A stretch of DNA of 64,000 bases from Vulcanimicrobiota bacterium. GTDB lineage: Bacteria; Vulcanimicrobiota; Vulcanimicrobiia; Vulcanimicrobiales; Vulcanimicrobiaceae. The position numbers and the translations under genes were made by a program. Numbering within the stretch: position 1 is the first letter of the stretch; each line of letters starts with the position of its first letter. The DNA is taken from contig PMOS01000038.1 in NCBI GenBank assembly GCA_003161435.1, positions 36,605-100,604 on the forward strand. The letters run 5' to 3'. This document shows positions 52,369 to 62,739 of this stretch, in pieces. The notes below the pieces were generated by a model, which worked only from the letters and a program-made list of their open reading frames with translations, was not told where the DNA came from and searched no databases.

Positions 52369-53277
52369 CTACTTCTCGACGCGCTGAAGTGCGCGAGCGG
52401 GGAAGGTGAGCTCCGCGACACCGGACTTGTCGAGCTCGCCCAAACCGAGCTCGATCATGCGCTCGTACTGGCGCGCTGTCGCCGCAGCGAGCGGAAGATC
52501 GACGTCGTGCGCACGCGCTAGCGCGAGCGCGATGTTGGAGTCCTTCGCTGCGTGCGCGGCCGAGAAGTAAACGTCGTGCTCGCGCTGCTGCATGTCGGCG
52601 CCGTCCGTCTCGAGCACACGCGACGCGGCGCCGGTTTCGGCGAACACTTCGCGCAGCATCGTGAGGTCGAGGCCCAGCGCGTCGCCGAGCCCTAACCCCT
52701 CGGCCAAACCGGCGGTGTTGATGTTCATCACCATGTTGACGAGCGCTTTGACCTTCGCCGCCTCGCCGGCTGAGCCGACGTAGCGCAGTTTCTTGCTGAG
52801 CCGTTCGAGCAGCGGCCGGGCGCGCTCGAACGTTTCGCGGCGGCCGCCGATCATCAAGTACAGCGTACCGTCACGCGCTTGCGGGATCGAGCTGGCCATG
52901 CACGCTTCGAGACTCGTCCCGCCGCGCGCCTCGACGCGCGCCTGCACCTCGACGTGCACGTCCGGCGAAATCGTGGCGCAGTTGACGAACAGCGTCCCGT
53001 TCGCCCCGTCGAGCAACGAGTCGCCTTCGGTCGCGAAGATCCGCTCCATCGCAGCGTCGTCGCTGACGACCGTAATCACCACGTCCGAGTTCCGCGCAAC
53101 CTCGGCGAGCGTCGCCGCAGCCGGGACCCTGAGTTCGCTCGCGACCTCGTTCGCCGTCTCCGACCGCGCGTCGTAGACCCTGGCGATCGAATAGCCGACG
53201 TCGCGGAGCCGGAGGGCCATATTGGCCCCCATGCGCCCGACCCCGACAACACCGATACGAGTCTCCAAACCGTGCAT
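52369..53277 (-). CDS. NAD(P)-dependent oxidoreductase, 3-hydroxyisobutyrate dehydrogenase family
   Basis: GVVGVGRMGANMA, catalytic Lys in KALVN, AAKD. Confidence 0.85.
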   Translation of the reverse strand: MHGLETRIGVVGVGRMGANMALRLRDVGYSIARVYDARSETANEVASELRVPAAATLAEVARNSDVVITVVSDDAAMERIFATEGDSLLDGANGTLFVNCATISPDVHVEVQARVEARGGTSLEACMASSIPQARDGTLYLMIGGRRETFERARPLLERLSKKLRYVGSAGEAAKVKALVNMVMNINTAGLAEGLGLGDALGLDLTMLREVFAETGAASRVLETDGADMQQREHDVYFSAAHAAKDSNIALALARAHDVDLPLAAATARQYERMIELGLGELDKSGVAELTFPARALQRVEK

Positions 53278-53376
53278 GACGCCCCCTTCGTAGCACGCCA
53301 TATGCGGACCCGGTGGATAGGACTGCTCACCTAGGGCACGAACGCTTGCGGGCCGTGCACGCAGGCTGGAATTAAC

Positions 53377-55587
53377 ATGCTGGCGATCGTCGTCGCTGCA
53401 TTGGTCGCCACTCTCGACCCGTCCGTGATCGTGGTCGATGACGAAGGGATGCCCGTCCCGCAGGCAACGGTCCGTTTCGTCGCGAGCGACGGCACCGTCG
53501 ATCCGGAACATGCCAATCGCGCCGGCGAGGCGTTTGCCCGCGCCGGGTCGGTCGCGCACGATGCGACGATCGAGGCGCCCGGTTTCGTGACCGTTCACGT
53601 GACGCTCGGCGGTGGAACCGCGCGGGTCGTGTTGCACCGCGCCCCGTCCGTCATCGGCGCCGTGCGTGTCGCGACGGGATCGGCTGCGAGCCTGCATCGG
53701 TTGCCCGTCGCCGCGTCGGTGCTCGACGCGCAGGCGATACGCAACACGCCGGCGACGACGACCGACGAGCTGCTGCGCGATCTGCCCGGTTTCGACCGCG
53801 ATCGCAGCAACAGCGCATTCACCAACTACGGTCAATTGCGCGTCTCGTTCGACGGCGCCGGCAACGACCGCGGCGTCGTGCTGGTCGACGGGATACCCGC
53901 GCAGGACGCGTTCGGCGGCCAGGTCGATTGGCAGGCGTATCCAGCCGGGGAGATCACACGCGCCGAGCTGCTGCGCGGCGCGGGGTCTGCGCTCTACGGG
54001 TCGGGCGGCGTCGGCGGCGTGCTCTCGCTCCAGACGCGAGGGCCGGCCAGCGGGCCCGGACTTGCGCCCGACGGCGTGGCCAGCATCGCCGGCGGCGGCC
54101 TATCGCTCAGCGACGAGTCGTTGTTCTATCGCAGTGCGCTGGGCCCGGGGTTGGCCGCGTCGGTGTGGACCTCGACCACCTCGTCGTCGTATTTCATCAC
54201 CCCCGTCACGATGCGCACCCCGATCGACCAAAACGCGCGCAGCCAGAGCGACGCGACCCAGGTGCGGCTGCGCACGCTCGGCGGCGCCGGAACCTTGGAA
54301 GGTTCGTTTTTGTTCTCGACCGATGCGCAAGCGCAGGGCCGGCCCAACTACGACTTCGGCCGGACCTTCGATCAACAGTCGCTGCGCTACGATCTCGTCG
54401 GCGACCACACCGAAACCAGCATAGCTCTCTACAATCGCGACACCGACGTCACCAACCTCGCCGATCAATATCCGACCAAACCCGGCGTGGTGCGCTACGT
54501 GCAGCTCGTGCCGACCTGGGAAGACGGCATCTACGCGGCGTGGACCTCGACATCGCCGACGTTCGTGGTCGACGCGCGCGCCGATCTGCGTTCGGTTCAT
54601 GGGATCAGCGACCAGCGCAGCGCGGTGGGGGTTCTGCAGAGCATGGGCAGCGGCGATCAGACGCTCGAAGGTTTCGCGTTGCAGCTTACGTCGCATGTCG
54701 GACGGTTCGAAGCCCTCGCCGGCGCACGGTACGACAGCGTGGCCGTAGCCGACGAGCGGCTCGTGACCGTCAATGCGACGACGCACGTCTCGACGGTCGT
54801 CGAGGCACCGTCGCGCGACAATGCGGCGGTTTCGCCGCGACTCGCGCTCCGGTACGATCTTTCACCGTCCGTCGCGCTGCGCGTCTCCAGCGGCGCCGGA
54901 TTTCGCGCGCCGTACCTGAACGAGCTCGTGCGCGGCTTCAACGTCGGCGCCGTGCAGATGGCGCCCAATCCCGCGTTGATCCCCGAGCGCGCGCGGACCG
55001 ACAGCGCCGGGGTCGATATTCTCGGCCACAACTCACGCCTGGCGGTCGACTTCACGCACACGCTCGTCACCGACGGTATCGCCTTCGTCACGATCTCGCC
55101 GACGCTACAGCGCCGCGCCAACGTCGCGCGCGAGGGCACCGACGGCGCGATCGCAACATACACCCAGTCGATCGGACGGTGCGCGCGAGCGCGCTTGAGC
55201 GGTCAGACGCAGTACGCGCGCGTGCTCGACGGACCGGCGGCGGACATCGGCAAGCGGCTCGCGTTCGTTCCCGATCGTTCGGCGACCGCCGCGATCGACG
55301 CGCAAACCGGGCCGCTCCGTTACAGCGTCGAGGCGTCGTTCCTCGGCGCGGCGTACGCGGACGATCTCAACACCGAGCCGCTTGGTCACGCATTACTGGT
55401 AGGCGGCCGGATATCCACGCCGCTCGTCGCCGGCGGCACGCTGACCCTCTCGGTCGAGAACCTGACGAACCGCACCTATCTGACGAGCGTCGACCGCCTC
55501 GCCGAGCCGTCGTCGGTCACCCTGCGCGCGAGCTTCCCGTTCGGCCCACGCCAAGCACGCGACGACCTTACCACCTGCAGCCTCTGA
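53377..55587 (+). CDS. TonB-dependent receptor
   Basis: Plug LLRDLPG, VLVDGIP, ELLRGAGSALYGSGGVGGVL; barrel GFRAP, VENLTNRTY. Confidence 0.88.
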   Translation: MLAIVVAALVATLDPSVIVVDDEGMPVPQATVRFVASDGTVDPEHANRAGEAFARAGSVAHDATIEAPGFVTVHVTLGGGTARVVLHRAPSVIGAVRVATGSAASLHRLPVAASVLDAQAIRNTPATTTDELLRDLPGFDRDRSNSAFTNYGQLRVSFDGAGNDRGVVLVDGIPAQDAFGGQVDWQAYPAGEITRAELLRGAGSALYGSGGVGGVLSLQTRGPASGPGLAPDGVASIAGGGLSLSDESLFYRSALGPGLAASVWTSTTSSSYFITPVTMRTPIDQNARSQSDATQVRLRTLGGAGTLEGSFLFSTDAQAQGRPNYDFGRTFDQQSLRYDLVGDHTETSIALYNRDTDVTNLADQYPTKPGVVRYVQLVPTWEDGIYAAWTSTSPTFVVDARADLRSVHGISDQRSAVGVLQSMGSGDQTLEGFALQLTSHVGRFEALAGARYDSVAVADERLVTVNATTHVSTVVEAPSRDNAAVSPRLALRYDLSPSVALRVSSGAGFRAPYLNELVRGFNVGAVQMAPNPALIPERARTDSAGVDILGHNSRLAVDFTHTLVTDGIAFVTISPTLQRRANVAREGTDGAIATYTQSIGRCARARLSGQTQYARVLDGPAADIGKRLAFVPDRSATAAIDAQTGPLRYSVEASFLGAAYADDLNTEPLGHALLVGGRISTPLVAGGTLTLSVENLTNRTYLTSVDRLAEPSSVTLRASFPFGPRQARDDLTTCSL

Positions 55588-55629
55588 CAACGCGCGGTGC
55601 CGGCGCCCGACGTCATCCTTGACATTGCG

Positions 55630-56601
55630 CTAGAGCCCCTTGACCGTTGCGCGCACGGCGGTGCGGGCGCGGGTGTTGCCGGTGGCGATTGCGCCGCCGT
55701 GGACGCCGAACGTCTCGAGCACGATGTCGGACGCGGCGTAGGGATCGAGATCATCGGCGAGATCGGCGATCACGTCTTCGACGCGGCGCTCGAGCGTGCC
55801 GACCGCGAGCTGGCGCACGCGATGCGCGAACGCCGCGCGCCGCTTCTCACGGATGGCGCCGCTTTCGCGCAGCCACGCATCGTGCCGCACGACCGCGTCC
55901 CAGAGCTTGTCGATGCCGGTTCCGGCCAGTGCTTGCGTACTGACCAGCGCCGGGACCCAGCCGGAGAAATCCAGCATCTCCATCATCGAGCGGATCTCGC
56001 GCTGCAACTGCAGCGCCATCGGGTGATCGCTCTTGTTCACCACGAACACGTCGGCGATCTCGAGGATCCCGGCCTTGAGCACCTGCACCGAATCACCGCT
56101 GCCGGGCTGGAGCGCGACGAGCGTCGTGTCGGCGACTTCGGCGATCTCGATCTCGGATTGACCGACGCCGACCGTTTCGATCAGCACGATGTCCTTCCCG
56201 AACGCGTCCATCAGCGAGACGGCGTCGGCGGTCGCGCCGGCAAGACCACCGAGATGTCCGCGCGATGCCATCGAGCGAATGAAGACGTCGGGATCGACGA
56301 AATGCTCGGCCAGCCGAATGCGATCGCCCAACAGCGCACCGTGCGAGAAGGGCGAGCTTGGATCGACCGAGATTACGCCGACCGTCTTGCCTTGCGCGCG
56401 CACGTACGCGACGATCGCCGAGGTCAGGGTCGATTTTCCGACGCCGGGCGGCCCGGTCAAGCCGACGGTCAGCGCGCGGCCGGTCAGCGGGTACAACGCC
56501 CGGATGAGTTCCGCGCCACGGCCGGACTCGCAGCGCGAGATCGCCCGCGCGAGCGCACGCGGATCGCCGGCCCGAAACGCTGCCAGGAGATCGTCGTTCA
56601 T
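55630..56601 (-). CDS. meaB: Mutase-associated GTPase MeaB/ArgK
   Basis: GPPGVGKST, VDPSSPFSHGALLGDRIR, ETVGVGQSE, VNKSD. Confidence 0.93.
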   Translation of the reverse strand: MNDDLLAAFRAGDPRALARAISRCESGRGAELIRALYPLTGRALTVGLTGPPGVGKSTLTSAIVAYVRAQGKTVGVISVDPSSPFSHGALLGDRIRLAEHFVDPDVFIRSMASRGHLGGLAGATADAVSLMDAFGKDIVLIETVGVGQSEIEIAEVADTTLVALQPGSGDSVQVLKAGILEIADVFVVNKSDHPMALQLQREIRSMMEMLDFSGWVPALVSTQALAGTGIDKLWDAVVRHDAWLRESGAIREKRRAAFAHRVRQLAVGTLERRVEDVIADLADDLDPYAASDIVLETFGVHGGAIATGNTRARTAVRATVKGL

Positions 56602-56652
56602 CGCGCGTTCGCGTTCACGGACGCGCGCGACGACTCCCGTTTGGGCTCTGCG

Positions 56653-56859
56653 CTATGCGCTCTTCTGTTCGGCGACCCGGTCGACTGCCTCGGCGAGCTC
56701 GTCGACGGCGTGCTCGAGATTGTTGAACTTGGCGGCGATCTTGCGCCGGTCGATCCGGCCGGTCAGCGGCTCGGTGACATCCTGAATGAACGTCCGGCGC
56801 TCGACCCGTTGGCGGACGTCGTGGATGAGGTCTTTCACGTTGCGTTTGTCGCTGTCCAT
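56653..56859 (-). CDS. Small helical hypothetical protein (68 aa)
   Basis: Clean ORF filling the gap, host-like codon use, coiled-coil-like C-terminus. Confidence 0.55.
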   Translation of the reverse strand: MDSDKRNVKDLIHDVRQRVERRTFIQDVTEPLTGRIDRRKIAAKFNNLEHAVDELAEAVDRVAEQKSA

Positions 56860-56962
56860 CGCTCGGAAGCTTTACCTCAGCGCCTTGCCCGCCAAACCGA
56901 CAAGCGGGGTTCGCAGCCTGGGCACCCGGGACTCCATCGACCCGTGCGCGTACCCGTGGCGG

Positions 56963-59900
56963 GTGAGCGCCTCCGGTTACGTACGAACCCCGACGATCGC
57001 CGATCACCATATCGTCTTCGCATGCGAGGACGACCTCTGGCTGGTCGGGGACGAAGGCGGCATCGCACGCCGGCTGACCGCGACCGAAGGCGAATGCACG
57101 CTGCCGCGCCTTTCGCCCGACGGATCGCTGGTCGCGTTCGTCGGACGGGCCGAGGGCAACCCCGAGCTCTACGTGATGGACGCCGGCGGCGGTGTGCCGC
57201 GCAGGCTCACGCAACTCGGCGGCGAGGTGCTGCACTGCTGCAGCTGGTCTGCCGACGGGCGGACGATCTTCTTCACCTCGGACGCCGGATCGCCGTTCGT
57301 CAAAGAGACCGCGGCGTTTCGCATCGACGTCGCCGGTGGCGAGCCGGTCGAGCTCGGCCTGGGGCACGCGATGACGTTCGCATTGCGAAGTGACGGCGCC
57401 GCGCTGCTCGGCCGTAACGCGACCGATCCGGCGCGCTGGAAGCGCTATCGCGGCGGAACGGCCGGACATCTGTGGGTCGACGCGCGCGGCGACGGCGAGT
57501 ACGCGCGAATCTGCCGCGATGTCCGCGGAAATTTGGTCTGGCCGATGTGGATCGGCGAGCGCATCTTCTTCCTCTCCGACCACGACGGGGTCGGAAACGT
57601 GTACTCGGCCACGCCGGACGGCGACGACCTGCGCGCGCATACGTTCGAGGCCGAGCACTATGCGCGCTATCCCGCGACCGACGGCACCCGCATCGTGTAC
57701 GCGTGCGGCGGCGACCTGGTGCTGCTCGATCCGCGTGACGGCAGCGTACGCCGCGTCGCCGTCGAGATGCCTTCGAACGCGCCCGGCACGGCGCGCCGCT
57801 TCGTCAACGCGTCCACGTTGCTCGAGAGCTGGAATCCATCGCACGACGGCACCGCGCTCGCGATCGTCGCGCGCGGACACGCCTACACGATGCCGCTGTG
57901 GGAAGAGGCCGTCGTCGAGCACCCGTCCAGCGGTGCGCCGGGACCGTCGGCGCCCAATGAAACCGCGCGCCGCCGGCTGCTGACCTGGCTGCACGACGAT
58001 CGCCGCGTCGTCTACATCGACGACGCCGCCGGCTACGAACGCGTCGCGATCGCGCCGGCCGACCAGAGCGCGCCGCCCGACTACATCACCCACGATGACC
58101 TGGGGGTGCTGCATTCGCTCGCCGCTTCGCCGGCCGGCGATACGCTGGCGTTCGCGACGAACCGGCACGAGCTGTGGCTGCTCGATCTCGGCGCGCCGCC
58201 GCGGCAGGTCGATCGCAGCATCGGCGAGCGGATCGACGAGCTGACGTTCTCGCCCGACGGGCGTTGGCTCGCGTACACCTGGTCGCCCAAGACGCGCACG
58301 TCGATCATCCGGCTGGTCGAGTGCGCGACCGGGCGCATCGTCGACGCGACGACGGCCCTGCGCGAGGATCGTTCGCCGGCCTGGGATCCTGAGGGCAAGT
58401 ATCTCTATTTCCTCTCGACGCGCGACTTCTATCCCGTTTACGACGCGCTGCAATTCGAGTTGAGCTTTCCCGAAGCGTGGCGGCCGTATCTGATCACGCT
58501 GCGTGAGGAAATCGCCAACCCGCTCGTCCCCAAACCCGCGCCGCTGCACAAGCCCCGCAATGACGACGATGACGACGACGACAAGGGCGACGTGAAGCCG
58601 GAGGTGACGATTGACGCCGACGGCCTGCCGTTGCGCATGCTCGCCTTTCCGGTCGATGAGGGCGCGTACGACCGCATCGCCGCGGCGAAGGGCCGCGCGG
58701 TCTTCTCGCGCTTTCCGGTCCACGGCATTCGACCGGGGGACCGCGACGACGAGGATTCCGAGGGCGAACTGCTGGCCTATGATTTCGAGCAACAGCGGAC
58801 CGCCGTGCTGGCCTTCGAGATCGACGACTTCGTGCTCGGCCCCGACGCGCGCACGCTGGTGTACGCGTCGCGCGGAAAGCTGCGCGCGATCGACGCGGGC
58901 GCCGACCTGCCCGAGGACGACTCCGATGACAAGCCGCCGGCGGAGATCGGACGGCGGTCGGGATGGCTCGATCTCGCGCGGATCAGCGTGCTGGTCGAAC
59001 CGCGCGGCGAGTGGCGGCAGATGCTGCGCGAAGCATGGCGCTTGCAGCGCGAGAATTTCTGGGACGCGCAGATGTCGGGGATCGATTGGCCCGCCGTCCT
59101 GACGCGTTACGAGAAGCTGCTGCCCAAGGTGCGCACGCGCGACGAGCTCTCCGACGTGATCTGGGAGATGCACGGCGAGCTCGGCACGTCGCACGCCTAC
59201 GAGATCGGCGGCGACAAGCCGCGGCCGCCGCAGTACCAGCGCGGTTTCTTGGGCGCCGACATCGCGTGGGCCGAGGAGCTCGGCGCGTACCGCATCGACC
59301 GCATCATGCGCGGCGATGCGTGGAATCGCGACGCCGACTCACCGCTGGCCGAACCCGGCGTCGACGTGAAGGAAGGCGATCTGCTCGTCGCGATCGGCGG
59401 GCGGGCGCTGACCGCGCAAACCGGACCCGGCGCGCTGCTGGTCAATCAAGCCGGACGCGACGTCGTGCTCACGGTCGTGCGTCACAAAGGTGCGGAACCC
59501 AAGCGGGTATTGGTGCGAACGCTGCGCGACGAGCGGATGCTGCGCTATCGCGGTTGGGTCGAAGCGAATCGCGCGCTCGTCCACCGGCGCACGAACGGAC
59601 GCGTCGGGTACCTCCACATCCCCGACATGGGGCCGTGGGGTTTTGCCGAGTTCCACCGCGGTTATCTGACCGATTTCGATCGCGACGGTTTGATCGTCGA
59701 CGTGCGGTACAATCGCGGCGGGCACGTCTCGGCGCTGCTGCTCGAGAAGCTCGCCCGCAAGCGCGTCGGTTACGACGTCTCGCGCTGGGCGCCGCCGTTT
59801 CCGTATCCCGAAGAGTCGGTGGCCGGGCCGATCGTTGCGCTGACGAACCAGTTCGCGGGCAGCGACGGCGACATCTTCAGCCACTGTTTCAAGCTGTACG

Positions 59901-60205
59901 GCTTGGGGCCGTTGGTCGGGATGCGCACCTGGGGCGGCGTCGTCGGCATCCACCCGCGCCATCGCTTGATCGACGGCACCGAAACCACTCAGCCCGAGTA
60001 CTCGTTCTGGTTCACCGACGCCGGTTGGGGCGTCGAGAACTACGGTACCGACCCGACGCACGAAGTCGACATCGCACCGCAGGACACGCGGCGCGGCGTC
60101 GATCCGCAGATGGAAGAAGCGCTGCGGCTCGTCGGTGAGGCGCTGACCGCGTCGCCGCCGCGGCCCGAGTTTCCGCCGCGGCCGAACCGCGCGAGGCCGC
60201 GATGA
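56963..60205 (+). CDS. Tricorn protease homolog (S41 family)
   Basis: WKRYRGGTAG, beta-propeller repeats, GELGTSHAY, PDZ, DVRYNRGG, GSDGD, RTWGG. Confidence 0.93.
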   Translation: MSASGYVRTPTIADHHIVFACEDDLWLVGDEGGIARRLTATEGECTLPRLSPDGSLVAFVGRAEGNPELYVMDAGGGVPRRLTQLGGEVLHCCSWSADGRTIFFTSDAGSPFVKETAAFRIDVAGGEPVELGLGHAMTFALRSDGAALLGRNATDPARWKRYRGGTAGHLWVDARGDGEYARICRDVRGNLVWPMWIGERIFFLSDHDGVGNVYSATPDGDDLRAHTFEAEHYARYPATDGTRIVYACGGDLVLLDPRDGSVRRVAVEMPSNAPGTARRFVNASTLLESWNPSHDGTALAIVARGHAYTMPLWEEAVVEHPSSGAPGPSAPNETARRRLLTWLHDDRRVVYIDDAAGYERVAIAPADQSAPPDYITHDDLGVLHSLAASPAGDTLAFATNRHELWLLDLGAPPRQVDRSIGERIDELTFSPDGRWLAYTWSPKTRTSIIRLVECATGRIVDATTALREDRSPAWDPEGKYLYFLSTRDFYPVYDALQFELSFPEAWRPYLITLREEIANPLVPKPAPLHKPRNDDDDDDDKGDVKPEVTIDADGLPLRMLAFPVDEGAYDRIAAAKGRAVFSRFPVHGIRPGDRDDEDSEGELLAYDFEQQRTAVLAFEIDDFVLGPDARTLVYASRGKLRAIDAGADLPEDDSDDKPPAEIGRRSGWLDLARISVLVEPRGEWRQMLREAWRLQRENFWDAQMSGIDWPAVLTRYEKLLPKVRTRDELSDVIWEMHGELGTSHAYEIGGDKPRPPQYQRGFLGADIAWAEELGAYRIDRIMRGDAWNRDADSPLAEPGVDVKEGDLLVAIGGRALTAQTGPGALLVNQAGRDVVLTVVRHKGAEPKRVLVRTLRDERMLRYRGWVEANRALVHRRTNGRVGYLHIPDMGPWGFAEFHRGYLTDFDRDGLIVDVRYNRGGHVSALLLEKLARKRVGYDVSRWAPPFPYPEESVAGPIVALTNQFAGSDGDIFSHCFKLYGLGPLVGMRTWGGVVGIHPRHRLIDGTETTQPEYSFWFTDAGWGVENYGTDPTHEVDIAPQDTRRGVDPQMEEALRLVGEALTASPPRPEFPPRPNRARPR

Positions 60206-61215
60206 GCGACAAACCGGTCGTGTTCTCCGGGATTCAGCCCAGCGGAACGCTCCACATCGGAAATTACTACGGCGCGGTGCGGCGCTGGGCGGCCGAACAA
60301 GGCCACAACTTCAACATCTTCTGCCTGGTCGACATGCACGCGATCACCGTGCCGCAAGATCCAGCCGAGCTGCGCGAAAAGACGCTCGAGACGGCGGCGA
60401 TCTTGCTGGCCGCCGGAATCGATCCGCAGAGATCCGCGCTGTTCGTGCAATCCGACGTCGGCGAGCACGCCCAGCTGGCGTGGCTGTTGAACGGCATCGC
60501 GTCGATGGGCCAACTGCAGCGCATGACCCAATACAAGGAGAAGTCCGCCGAGCGCCGCGAGCAATCCACCGTCGGATTGTTCACCTACCCGCTGCTCATG
60601 GCGGCCGACATCCTGTTGTATCGTACCAACTTCGTCCCGGTCGGCGCCGACCAGAAGCAGCACGTCGAGCTCACCCGCGATCTCGCGCAGCGTTTCAACG
60701 CGACGTTCGGCGAGACGTTCGTGCTGCCCGAACCAACGATCCCGGCGCTCGGCGCCCGCATCATGGGGCTCGACGACCCGACTAAGAAGATGAGCAAGAG
60801 CGGCGGGCGGAGCGGCCACGCCGTCGGCGTGCTCGACTCGGCCGACGCGATCAAGAGCGCGATCATGTCGGCGCAGACGGACTCGGGCAGCGAGATCTCG
60901 ATCGATCGCGACCGGCCGGGCGTCAGCAATTTGCTCAGCATCTACATCGCCGCGACCGGCACGACGCGCGAAGCCGCCGAACAGCATTTCGCCGGCAAAG
61001 GCTACGGCACGCTCAAGCGCGAGGTCGTCGACGCGCTCGTCGCCGAGCTCGCGCCGCTACAGGCCCGCTACGCGGAGCTGCGCGCGAGCCCCGACCACCT
61101 GCGTGCGCTGCTGACGCGGTCGGCCACAGCGATCCGCCCGATCGCTCAGCAGACCTACGCCGACGCGAAGCGGGCGATGGGCTTAGGGCTAGGCTCCCCT
61201 GGCGGCCAGGAATGA
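60202..61215 (+). CDS. trpS: Tryptophan--tRNA ligase
   Basis: SGIQPSGTLHIGNY, YPLLMAADIL, VPVGADQKQH, KMSKS. Confidence 0.97.
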   Translation: MSDKPVVFSGIQPSGTLHIGNYYGAVRRWAAEQGHNFNIFCLVDMHAITVPQDPAELREKTLETAAILLAAGIDPQRSALFVQSDVGEHAQLAWLLNGIASMGQLQRMTQYKEKSAERREQSTVGLFTYPLLMAADILLYRTNFVPVGADQKQHVELTRDLAQRFNATFGETFVLPEPTIPALGARIMGLDDPTKKMSKSGGRSGHAVGVLDSADAIKSAIMSAQTDSGSEISIDRDRPGVSNLLSIYIAATGTTREAAEQHFAGKGYGTLKREVVDALVAELAPLQARYAELRASPDHLRALLTRSATAIRPIAQQTYADAKRAMGLGLGSPGGQE

Positions 61216-61238
61216 CGAGCCTCGGCTAGCGGTTTTGC

Positions 61239-61268
61239 TTGACGCTCCCCTCGGGGGCATGGTACGCT
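61239..61268 (+). promoter_or_regulatory. sigma70 promoter of the infC-rpmI-rplT operon
   Basis: TTGACG, 18 nt, TACGCT with extended -10 TG. Confidence 0.55.
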
Positions 61269-61274
61269 CCGCGA

Positions 61275-61383
61275 GCCGAAGCAGGGCGGGATCGGTTCGC
61301 CGACCCTCCACCCTCACCGGATGCCTGCGGGCGATCCGGTCTTTCACGAACAGCGGGGACCGCTTCGGCGTCTTCGCTTTTTT
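61275..61383 (+). promoter_or_regulatory. Structured 5' leader (L20-leader-like) ending in an intrinsic terminator/attenuator
   Basis: Hairpins TCGG-TTCG-CCGA and ACCGGAT...ATCCGGT; terminator AGCGGGGAC...GTCTTCGCT plus T run at 61352-61383, upstream of infC. Confidence 0.6.
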
Positions 61384-61407
61384 CACGTCCTTTCCGGAGA
61401 GTTTGTC

Positions 61408-62085
61408 ATAGCACGACCGCTGCGAGTCAACGAGCAGATCAGAATCCGCCAAGTCCGCGTCATCGACGATGCCGGCCAACAGCTCGGCGTCATACCGACT
61501 GAAGAGGCCCTGAGCATGGCTCGGACCAAGGGGCTCGACCTCATCGAGGTTTCCCCGACGGCGGTCCCTCCGGTCTGTCGCATCGGCGACTACGGTCGCC
61601 TCAAGTACGAGCAGTCGAAAAAAGACAAAGAGGCGCGCAAGAAGCAGCGCAATTGGGAGTTGCGCGAAGTCAAGCTGCGTCCCAAGATCGACGTCCACGA
61701 CTACGAAGTCAAAGCGAAGATGGCCGAGCGCCTTCTTCTCGACGGCGGAAAAGTCAAAGTCACGATCATGTTCCGCGGACGCGAGATCACGTACACCGCG
61801 TTCGGGAAACGTCTGCTCGACCGCATCGCCAAAGACCTCGAGAACAGCGCCATCGTCGAGCGTGAGGCGAAGCTCGAAGGAAAGAACATGTTTCTCATCA
61901 TGGCTCCGCGAGCCACCCCGCTCGGTCCGCCGCGTTTCGTTCACTTGAAGACCGACACGGCGCACCACGAAGCCGAGACCGCCGAACATCACGATGAGGC
62001 CGATGATCATCATGATGAGAGCGCGAACGGCGTCGCAGAGAGCGGGACCGACGCGGTTGCCACCATCGGGGGAGCCAGTGCCTAA
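61408..62085 (+). CDS. infC: Translation initiation factor IF-3, ATA start
   Basis: RVNEQIR, PPVCRIGDYG, FRGRE; GGAGAG RBS before in-frame ATA 61408. Confidence 0.95.
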   Translation: MARPLRVNEQIRIRQVRVIDDAGQQLGVIPTEEALSMARTKGLDLIEVSPTAVPPVCRIGDYGRLKYEQSKKDKEARKKQRNWELREVKLRPKIDVHDYEVKAKMAERLLLDGGKVKVTIMFRGREITYTAFGKRLLDRIAKDLENSAIVEREAKLEGKNMFLIMAPRATPLGPPRFVHLKTDTAHHEAETAEHHDEADDHHDESANGVAESGTDAVATIGGASA

Positions 62086-62284
62086 GATCAAAACGCACCG
62101 CAGTACGGCGAAGCGCGTGAAGGTGACCGGAAACGGTAAGGTCCTTCACCGCCACCAGTTCGACGGATGCGGTCACATTCTGAGCAAGAAGTCGCGCAAG
62201 CGCAAGCGGAACTTCCGCCGCGATCAGCCGACGTTCAAGGGTGATCTGAAGCGCTTTGCGCCGCAGATCCCATACCTTCTGTAG
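62078..62284 (+). CDS. rpmI: 50S ribosomal protein L35
   Basis: (M)PKIKTHRSTAKR, HILSKKSRKRKR. Confidence 0.95.
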   Translation: MPKIKTHRSTAKRVKVTGNGKVLHRHQFDGCGHILSKKSRKRKRNFRRDQPTFKGDLKRFAPQIPYLL

Positions 62285-62295
62285 GGCACGAATAA

Positions 62296-62667
62296 ATGGC
62301 TCGTATCAAACGCGGTCTCAACAAGATCAAGCACCGCCGCAAGGTGATGAAGCTCGTCAAGGGCTTCCGGGCGGCACGCCGTCGCAACTACCGCGTCGCG
62401 AACGAAGCGCTGCTTCACTCGCTGGCGTACGCGTTCCGCGACCGCCGCGTCCGCAAGCGCGACTTCCGCTCGCTGTGGATCGCCCGCATCAACGCGGCCG
62501 CCCGCCGCGAAGGCCTGAGCTATTCCAAGCTCATGGCCGGCCTCAAGAAGTCCGGCGTGGTGGTGAACCGCAAGGCCCTGGCCGACCTGGCGGTCCATGA
62601 CGCCGCCGCCTTCGCCCGCCTCACCTCGCTGGCAAAGGACGCCGTCGGAGCGACCACAGCCGCATAG
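62296..62667 (+). CDS. rplT: 50S ribosomal protein L20
   Basis: MARIKRG, KRDFRSLWIARINAA, NRKALADLA. Confidence 0.97.
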   Translation: MARIKRGLNKIKHRRKVMKLVKGFRAARRRNYRVANEALLHSLAYAFRDRRVRKRDFRSLWIARINAAARREGLSYSKLMAGLKKSGVVVNRKALADLAVHDAAAFARLTSLAKDAVGATTAA

Positions 62668-62739
62668 ACCTCGAATCTGACAAGACCGCCGAGAGAGGAC
62701 GCCGCAAGGCGCCCTCTTCGCGTTTGCGAAGAGGGTCGT

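Noticed and set aside
53278-53376. Cobalamin riboswitch before the TonB receptor
   Set aside because: Gap is about 100 bp and no B12-box-like motif is visible
58555-58585. GAC/GAT trinucleotide run
   Set aside because: Encodes an acidic linker in the tricorn protease; not a phase-variation tract
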